32,000 nucleotides of DNA from Acaryochloris marina MBIC11017 (lineage in GTDB: Bacteria > Cyanobacteriota > Cyanobacteriia > Thermosynechococcales > Thermosynechococcaceae). The notes below the pieces were generated by a model. That model saw only the letters and a list, made by a program, of their open reading frames with translations, made no database searches and had not been told where the DNA came from. Positions 27,088-32,000 of the stretch are shown one piece after another. Position numbers and translations under genes: made by a program. Position 1 is the stretch's first letter. The number at the start of each line of letters is the position of its first letter. The stretch is from positions 1 to 32,000 of the forward strand of contig NC_009928.1 in NCBI RefSeq assembly GCF_000018105.1, given 5' to 3'.

Positions 27088-30066
27088 TTATTGAGGTTGA
27101 TTGAAGGTTCCTACTGGGGGGAGATTGAAATATTTTCTTGGGTTTACGACAGTTCCTGAGTCACGATTCCCTGTGACATACCCCTCAATTACGCCTAAGT
27201 CAATATGAGGACCTGTTGAATTGCCTGTACTTCCGACTTCGCCAATTAACTGCCCCGGATCTACAGTATCCCCCGCTTTAACGTAATTAACCTTATTGTG
27301 TGCGTACCAAGTGGCTAAGCCGTTACCGTGGTCAATCAGAATCCAGTTACCGTAGTCCCCATTCCAAAAGCTCTCAACGACCACGCCACCATCAGCAGCC
27401 GCGAAAGGAGTTCCTGCAAAATGAGCCAGATCAATACCATAGTGAAAGCCCGGAACGCCTGTAACAGGATTTACCCGTGGGCCGTAGTTACTGGTCAGCT
27501 TGTAATTATGACTCCCCAATGGATCGGCGAGCCTTCCTGTTGCGACTCCTGATCCTTGCTGAAAAGGCACAGTCCCTGCACTTGCAATCGCACCGGGCCT
27601 ACAAGGGATGGAATGGCCCGAGGCGGACGCATAAATGCTGTTTGGATCAACCGCTGTACTCTCAACGCCCAACACTCCTAACGTTGCCGCTGCGATAGCT
27701 GGATCCTGTGACTCCTGAAAATAGAAGTTTGCCCCGGTATTCCCCCGATAGGGATCACCCGGTTGGCGAATGTGCAACCAATCCTGACCTCTAAAGTCAG
27801 TCGCACCTTTGAGAAAAGCTTGTGAGGCCGCAATAGCATTCGGATCGTTAAGTGCTTTTTCGATGGTTTCGTAAGTTGAGATAGCACTTTGGATGCTACG
27901 GGTTTTTCTAGCAATACGGCTGATGGCTTCTTCTTTGGAAGTTACCGGGGCTTGACCAAAGTTAGGTTCATATTGCTTCGGCTGGAACACCACATCCGTA
28001 ATTGTATTTGGGTGCTTGGGAGAAACAACCCGGTTCATGATTGCCACAGCGACATCAATTTGATTTTGTGTCCCAGTGCTTTCCAATGCTGATGTCAAAA
28101 TTAGGTTGTGAACATCTGTTTCGCTTCCCCAAGCAGACTTGCCAATAGTTTGGGCCTTTGTCCCTTGCGTTCCAGTGCTTTGACCACTCGCTGAAGCGAA
28201 CTTAGACTTAGCGGCATCAGAACCTGGCTGACCTGGTATACCCTTCAATTGCGGCGCACCTGTTGACCCATCAATGGGTTGAAGGTCTACACCCTCAGCT
28301 TCTGCCTTAGCTTGCAAGTCACTGATATCTCCCTGCTTAGTATCACTTTGCCCTGTACTAGCAATAATCTGATTGGGGTCGCAGTACACTTGACTCAGGC
28401 CCGCTGCCGTCAACGCTCGGCCCCTAAACTTGGCAATTTCAGCAGGCAGACTCCTGCGACTCGCCACTAGGAACAAGCCCCCTTCTCTAACGGTGAAGGG
28501 TGACGGAATCACGAAGAAATGAGGAGTGCATTGTTCTCCAATGAGCGGGGCAGGGACACAGACTTGAATAGCAAGATACAGCCTCGCCGTGCTGGGCTTA
28601 TTGGGGTATTCCTTAATATTCTTGAGGACAAACTTGGTATTAAAACCTGTCCCAAAGGGATTGATACCTGCTGGCTCCCAACCGCCATTCACCCTCTTGA
28701 GGAGTCCCTTACCTCCTTTGACACCCTGACCGTTCTTACCCTTCGAGTGTCCTGCAACCCACTGTTTTCCCTCAATATCGTCATCGCCCGTTGCTTGGGC
28801 TAGAGGGGAACTAATAAACTTCCGCATCTCAAAGTGGGGGCAATTGTCCGCTCTCTGGTTTTTGGTCTTGCCAAGAGTGCATTTGATGGGTCGAAAATTC
28901 TGGTCTTCCGTACCACCGGACAAGGCATGTTGGGCGGAGGGTTCTTCTGGTCCTTCGACACCACTGTAGGCAATATCAAACCGGGCAAACACATCCCCAG
29001 CCAAGAAGCTAAAGGCTAGATCAAAGGGCAGCTTATTGACGGGAATGTCCGAGAGGCCCGGAACGGAGTTGACCAATTCATCCTCAACACCAGGTATCTC
29101 TTCAATCGCCAGGTTCGCAATCTTAGGTAGGGTCTGCTCAATAGGCTGATTGACCAGATCGGGGACGGCACCCAAGGGCAAATTCTTGAGTTCAGGCACA
29201 ACCTTGATGACTTCTTTGACAGCAACATTCGTCCCTTTTGCCAAGAGATAGGCTTGCGCCCTTTTCCTGACTTGCTGCCAGTTGCCATTGATGGCATCAC
29301 CGACGAGAGGAACAATCTGATTAACGGGCAGTTTCTTGAGGGTGGGGCCAATCTTCTTACCAATCCCCGCTAGCTGAATCTGCTCAGCCTTGGAGATTAC
29401 ACCCTCCCAATTGCCTCGCGCTAAATCCTGAAGCGGAATCCCTTTAAGAGCGGGTATCTTACTGAGGTTGGTAATCAGCACTCTTTCACTCGTGGACAGT
29501 GCCGCTTGCTGGAGCTGTTTACCTGCTTGAGAAGGATCATGGAGTACCCCTAGTGCAGCTTGGATGGCGGGAGCGGCATCATCAACGGTGATTTTCTCGC
29601 CGTTATTGAGCTTGGTGTAGAGGTTATCGACTTCTTCAACCGATAAACCATAGACAAGGGGCACATCGCCAATGGGTACTCCCGCAATATCCGTGCCCTG
29701 CCTCGCTGAAATATCTCGCAGGGTGAGCTTGGTGAAGCTGGCCGTGACGGGGTTTTGCTGCAAGTCTCCAAACTTGAGGATCTGGTCAGGAGTCGCCCCC
29801 TGCGGCCATGCCCGATCTATTTGGTAAGGAAGCTGCACCCCATTGGGTAAAGGAGGAATTTCAACATACCCTGCTTGTTCAGCGGTGGTGAGTTGTCGGA
29901 ACGTGGGGGACGGTCCAGGGTCTGGGTCATAGTACAACCCCGGTAAGTTGACGGGGGTATCTGGGCTGAGTGCAGCCGTCTGTTGCTGCTGCTGAGCTAG
30001 AGCAGGGGCTATCTGCGTTAGGGAGGGCAGACTAGCCAGGAAAAAGGCAAGTAATTTCTGTTTCAT
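27088..30066 (-). CDS. Secreted 992-aa protein with a SleB-like (Hydrolase_2) domain and a C-terminal M23/LytM peptidase domain
   Basis: Signal MKQKLLAFFLASLPSLTQIAPALA. The SleB-like segment is NQIDVAVAIMNRVVSPKHPNTITDVVFQPKQYEPNFG (~27735-28065). M23 motifs are GFHYGIDLA, GNWILIDHGNGLATWYAHN and GSTGNSTGPHIDLG (~27141-27525). The N-terminal ~660 aa are unassigned. Confidence 0.8.
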   Translation of the reverse strand: MKQKLLAFFLASLPSLTQIAPALAQQQQQTAALSPDTPVNLPGLYYDPDPGPSPTFRQLTTAEQAGYVEIPPLPNGVQLPYQIDRAWPQGATPDQILKFGDLQQNPVTASFTKLTLRDISARQGTDIAGVPIGDVPLVYGLSVEEVDNLYTKLNNGEKITVDDAAPAIQAALGVLHDPSQAGKQLQQAALSTSERVLITNLSKIPALKGIPLQDLARGNWEGVISKAEQIQLAGIGKKIGPTLKKLPVNQIVPLVGDAINGNWQQVRKRAQAYLLAKGTNVAVKEVIKVVPELKNLPLGAVPDLVNQPIEQTLPKIANLAIEEIPGVEDELVNSVPGLSDIPVNKLPFDLAFSFLAGDVFARFDIAYSGVEGPEEPSAQHALSGGTEDQNFRPIKCTLGKTKNQRADNCPHFEMRKFISSPLAQATGDDDIEGKQWVAGHSKGKNGQGVKGGKGLLKRVNGGWEPAGINPFGTGFNTKFVLKNIKEYPNKPSTARLYLAIQVCVPAPLIGEQCTPHFFVIPSPFTVREGGLFLVASRRSLPAEIAKFRGRALTAAGLSQVYCDPNQIIASTGQSDTKQGDISDLQAKAEAEGVDLQPIDGSTGAPQLKGIPGQPGSDAAKSKFASASGQSTGTQGTKAQTIGKSAWGSETDVHNLILTSALESTGTQNQIDVAVAIMNRVVSPKHPNTITDVVFQPKQYEPNFGQAPVTSKEEAISRIARKTRSIQSAISTYETIEKALNDPNAIAASQAFLKGATDFRGQDWLHIRQPGDPYRGNTGANFYFQESQDPAIAAATLGVLGVESTAVDPNSIYASASGHSIPCRPGAIASAGTVPFQQGSGVATGRLADPLGSHNYKLTSNYGPRVNPVTGVPGFHYGIDLAHFAGTPFAAADGGVVVESFWNGDYGNWILIDHGNGLATWYAHNKVNYVKAGDTVDPGQLIGEVGSTGNSTGPHIDLGVIEGYVTGNRDSGTVVNPRKYFNLPPVGTFNQPQ

Positions 30067-30202
30067 AAGGGGAATGCTATGGTGCGATAAATGAATGTAC
30101 CGCTCAAGGAAAACGGCCCCATCTGGAGCCGCTATCTGTCCATCCCAGAAGGGAAAAACTAAAAATGATTGATTGACGATCTACAGCTCAACAAATTGAG
30201 GT

Positions 30203-30343
30203 TCACTGATCATTTCCTGAATTCTTTCCAGAATCCTTGAGCAGCAAAATCCAGGCGATAATCCCCAAAATCCAGCCAATGGGGCCTGAGAGGAGCAGGA
30301 ACGGTGTGAGGACGATCAGGAGAATGACAAGACAACCTTTCAT
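30203..30343 (-). CDS. Untracked 46-aa two-helix membrane protein (MKGCLVILLIVLTPFLLLSGPIGWILGIIAWILLLKDSGKNSGNDQ)
   Basis: My own translation. The ATG at 30343-30341 directly abuts the TAG of the upstream gene and is preceded by GGAGGGGG. TGA at 30205-30203. It is strongly hydrophobic. Confidence 0.5.
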   Translation of the reverse strand: MKGCLVILLIVLTPFLLLSGPIGWILGIIAWILLLKDSGKNSGNDQ

Positions 30344-31792
30344 CTAAACCCCCTCCACGAAGTAAATTTCCACTTCCTTATCAAAGTGATAGAGGCCACT
30401 GCGAGAACGACTAGAGCGATTGGGAGCAAAGCTATTCACGAGGGATGAGGCTCTATCTCCCACACTGCTAGAGCGAAGCTGGTCAATGCCGACGTTCAAG
30501 CCCGCTCTCAAGAGTTTGTTGCCAAAGCCTTCTCCTTGGCCTTTGAGCTTGGCTTGCAGATAGGGAGACTGCTTATACTGGACAACGGCAACAGGCGTCT
30601 TTCTAGCCTCTGGTGAGTCATCCGTCAGATTGACATGCTCAATGGGCTGCTGATTGACTTCCACCACTTGCATACTCAAGAAGTCGCCCTCCGCACTGGT
30701 CACTTCAGCAATGACTTTGGAGCCTTTCTTCGCCATTGCCCCTAAGTCTTCACTCAAGGTCAACAGATACCGCTGACCGATGATCGCGTCACTGTTTTGG
30801 GGTATCCAGGTAATCGGGTTATCGAGCTTGGCCTTGGCGGTCGTACCAGGGGAAATCAGTCCTTTACCCAATGGGCTACTGCTAGCGGGATAGAGGGCAG
30901 TGGGTGTATCGGATACCTGATTATCTTCCAGCAAATCACCCGTCAAAGAAGCCACCAGTATTCCTTGGGGTGGTGTAGGTGGCACTTTAGCAAAAGGTTT
31001 CGTGGTAATCGGTTTACGGACGGGGTGAGAGGTGGATACCTTGATGGGACGAATGGGCTTTGGCGTAACAGGTCGAGCAGGCTGCACGGGCTTCGGAGTA
31101 AAGGCCGACTGCTGGGCAAGGCTAAAGTTAGCAGCAGGCTTGGGGGCTTGGGCGACGGGTCTCGGGGCGGGGGGTCTAGCCGCAACCGCAGGCTTGGGAG
31201 CAGGTCTATTGCGATAAACGATTCGAGGTTGAGATGGGGGTACAGACCGACGCACCTGGATGGGTCGGGTCACCCGATGAGCTGCACTGGGCGGTCTGCG
31301 GTTAGGCTGGGCTGGCTTTGTCTTCGGCACCACTATCGGCTTCTGGGGAACCGCTGTGAGCTTGTTCTGACCAGGGGCATTGGTCACATTCCCCGTTTCA
31401 TACTTCTGCTTTAGCTCAGAAATTTGAAGGGCTTGGCTCTTGATAATGGCATCCTTATCATCCTCTGGCATCCCAATTGTGGGTTGGGGCCTGGTGGCAA
31501 CCGCAGGCTTGGGAGTATCACTGTTCCCCGATGTCACGGCTTGAACCACCGCCAGAATCAAAAAGATACTCCCTCCAATCACCCCAATCTGGATGGGTAG
31601 CCGTCGCCTTGTCTTGGTCGGGGTCTGGGCATCAAACTCATGGGTCAGTTCCGGTAAATGGAAGTCTTGCAGAGTGGCGGGTACGGGTTCTTGTGGTTGT
31701 ACCTGTGATGGGTCTGGCTGGGTTGGTTTGGCCTTGGGCTTGGTCTTGTTAATCGCAGCTAGGGCTTCTTTCTTGGTCTTGATCTCGCTCAT
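30344..31792 (-). CDS. Bitopic Pro-rich membrane protein with VirB10/TrbI-like architecture (putative transfer-apparatus component)
   Basis: A basic N-terminus, one TM (LPIQIGVIGGSIFLILAVVQAV), a ~170-aa Pro-rich linker, then a beta-rich C-terminal domain (GTTAKAKLDNPI...GSKVIAEV...). Its start overlaps the upstream stop (TAATG). The functional call rests on architecture only. Confidence 0.4.
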   Translation of the reverse strand: MSEIKTKKEALAAINKTKPKAKPTQPDPSQVQPQEPVPATLQDFHLPELTHEFDAQTPTKTRRRLPIQIGVIGGSIFLILAVVQAVTSGNSDTPKPAVATRPQPTIGMPEDDKDAIIKSQALQISELKQKYETGNVTNAPGQNKLTAVPQKPIVVPKTKPAQPNRRPPSAAHRVTRPIQVRRSVPPSQPRIVYRNRPAPKPAVAARPPAPRPVAQAPKPAANFSLAQQSAFTPKPVQPARPVTPKPIRPIKVSTSHPVRKPITTKPFAKVPPTPPQGILVASLTGDLLEDNQVSDTPTALYPASSSPLGKGLISPGTTAKAKLDNPITWIPQNSDAIIGQRYLLTLSEDLGAMAKKGSKVIAEVTSAEGDFLSMQVVEVNQQPIEHVNLTDDSPEARKTPVAVVQYKQSPYLQAKLKGQGEGFGNKLLRAGLNVGIDQLRSSSVGDRASSLVNSFAPNRSSRSRSGLYHFDKEVEIYFVEGV

Positions 31793-32000
31793 TAGAAATC
31801 CTCTATTGATGTAATCATCAGGCCGTGACGCTGGTACTTGGTGATCAGGTGGTTGAGTTGGCTATAAGAGTCCCCAAACAGTCGCTGGGCTTCCCCTTCC
31901 GTGGGAATCACCGCCTCAACCACGAGCTTTTTATTCAATTTCTCCGGGAAGGATTTACCGTCCTTGGACCGATGGGTACGGATGGAAATCACATGGATCT
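31792..32000 (-). CDS. Hypothetical protein, C-terminal part; the 5' end lies right of the window
   Basis: The frame stays open to the window edge; the track's 'M' at 31992 is an internal GTG. It is translationally coupled to the downstream gene. No family recognised. Confidence 0.5.
   Translation of the reverse strand, partial: IHVISIRTHRSKDGKSFPEKLNKKLVVEAVIPTEGEAQRLFGDSYSQLNHLITKYQRHGLMITSIEDF

Noticed and set aside
30797-31414. 205-aa plus-strand ORF (and 31032..31217, 31477..31752, 31593..31814) opposite the VirB10-like gene
   Set aside because: These are Gly/Arg/Trp-rich mirror frames of the Pro-rich linker. They stay open only because CCN/GCN codons lack stops on the opposite strand.
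1-32000. Search for CRISPR arrays, tRNA/rRNA genes, IS elements, integrases, reverse transcriptases and toxin-antitoxin pairs
   Set aside because: I found no regularly spaced 25-40-nt repeats, no T-psi-C-like tRNA signatures, and no DDE, tyrosine-recombinase or RT motifs in any ORF. The XRE gene has no adjacent toxin-sized partner ORF with coding character; the 42-codon ORF at 6222..6350 lacks signals.

Overview
All calls come from reading the sequence and recalling motifs; no database search was run. The window looks cyanobacterial: three HIP1 octamers (GCGATCGC), a Uma2 nuclease gene, and PAS/GAF hybrid kinases. It has the gene content of a plasmid or mobile island, in four blocks. (1) 0.4-5.6 kb is a leftward block of small, mostly uncharacterised genes: an R2K-like ATP-grasp, a stand-alone half-MreB, a Zn-ribbon ORF, a class I SAM methyltransferase and DUF3768. 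(2) 5.6-10.3 kb is a replication module. It holds an AT-rich divergent control region, an XRE repressor and a structured 565-nt leader. It ends in an 1187-aa Rep-like protein (Zn-ribbon, Toprim/DUF3854-like, P-loop helicase, C-terminal HTH). (3) 10.6-26.2 kb is signalling and efflux cargo. It carries a YHYH lipoprotein, a NarL-type two-component pair, an RND efflux pair (lipoprotein adaptor plus pump), DoxX and a decayed alpha/beta-hydrolase pseudogene. Two paralogous hybrid histidine kinases transcribed outward bracket it. (4) 26.7-32 kb is a leftward operon of secreted and membrane proteins that resembles a conjugative-transfer (T4SS-like) module. It includes a 992-aa bifunctional SleB-like/M23 cell-wall hydrolase, a VirB10/TrbI-like bitopic Pro-rich protein and an untracked 46-aa membrane ORF. 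I found no rRNA, tRNA, CRISPR array, transposase, integrase or reverse transcriptase, and no textbook defence-system hallmark. The best candidates for something new are four. First, the Rep gene has two simultaneously open frames across about 270 nt starting at a C6 run. Second, the rep leader is structured, with a bidirectional terminator, a possible small RNA and a perfect SD with a start-stop ORF. Third, the half-MreB is paired with an ATP-grasp gene. Fourth, the transfer-like operon is poorly described. Each needs homology and structure searches to confirm.
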